Assembly: GCA_964016885.1 (NCBI GenBank)
Contig: OZ024743.1
Span: 291,896,001-291,960,000, forward strand
Length of the DNA: 64,000 nt
Reading direction: 5' to 3'
DNA from: Eledone cirrhosa
Taxonomy: Eukaryota
Of this stretch, positions 63,714 to 64,000 are shown piece by piece (position 1 is the first letter of the stretch; every line of letters starts with the position of its first letter). The notes under the pieces are model-generated. The model searched no databases. It saw only the letters and a program-made list of their open reading frames with translations, and was not told the DNA's origin. The position numbers and the translations under genes were made by a program.

Positions 63714-63863
63714 GACGTGTGTGTGTGAAGTGATACTAACTTGGCAAAAAGTTCAATCTGATATCGTGTGTATTACATTGTGGAAGGGACGTGATACTAA
63801 TCTAATTCAATCGAACTGTTACATTCGCCTGTGCTTTATTTCGTGATACTATTTTATATTATA

Positions 63864-64000
63864 CTAGCAGTGGTACTCAGCGTTACACGGGATAAGGTAT
63901 TTGGAACGCGGGCCGCCAACAGACCTAATCCAGGAAAAACTGCATCCTTGGGCAATATGTAACGAAAATAAACCGAATACTCTGATGGCTGGATAATCTA
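63864..64000 (-). mobile_element. Helitron 3' end (continues beyond window)
   Basis: Minus strand CCCGTGTAACGCTGAGTACCACTG-CTAG|T; homologous to 52916-53050. Confidence 0.65.

Overview
AT-rich, microsatellite-laden eukaryotic DNA made almost entirely of transposable elements. I see no host gene. A cephalopod (Octopus-like) origin is inferred from recalled SINE motifs and composition, not verified. 1-21247: five head-to-tail, minus-strand Tx1-clade (L1 group) non-LTR retrotransposons (A-E), each separated by an (ATT)n tract, decaying from left (intact) to right. A and B share ~97% identical ORF2 sequence but have very different ORF1/5'UTRs. All four copies with an ORF1-ORF2 junction carry GTAAGT 32-34 nt before the ORF2 start. 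21-64 kb: two decayed R4/Dong-type RLE elements, a young two-ORF Neptune-type Penelope-like element (PLE) with direct and inverted pLTRs, a decayed relative of it, non-coding PLE-like units with minimal hammerhead ribozymes, Helitron pieces, RTE fragments, SINEs and a ~550-bp tandem repeat. Top leads: (1) a 1.1-kb genomic hairpin at 60571-61731 with same-strand A>G hypermutation on both arms, resembling an ADAR-hyperedited RNA copied back into DNA; (2) a T TTT TTA slippery site joining ORF1 to RT-GIY-YIG in two divergent PLEs; (3) a conserved splice donor that could place Tx1 ORF2 inside an intron; (4) a polarised, self-extending (ATT)n-targeted Tx1 array with ORF1 swapping. All alignments and counts were done by eye and are approximate.
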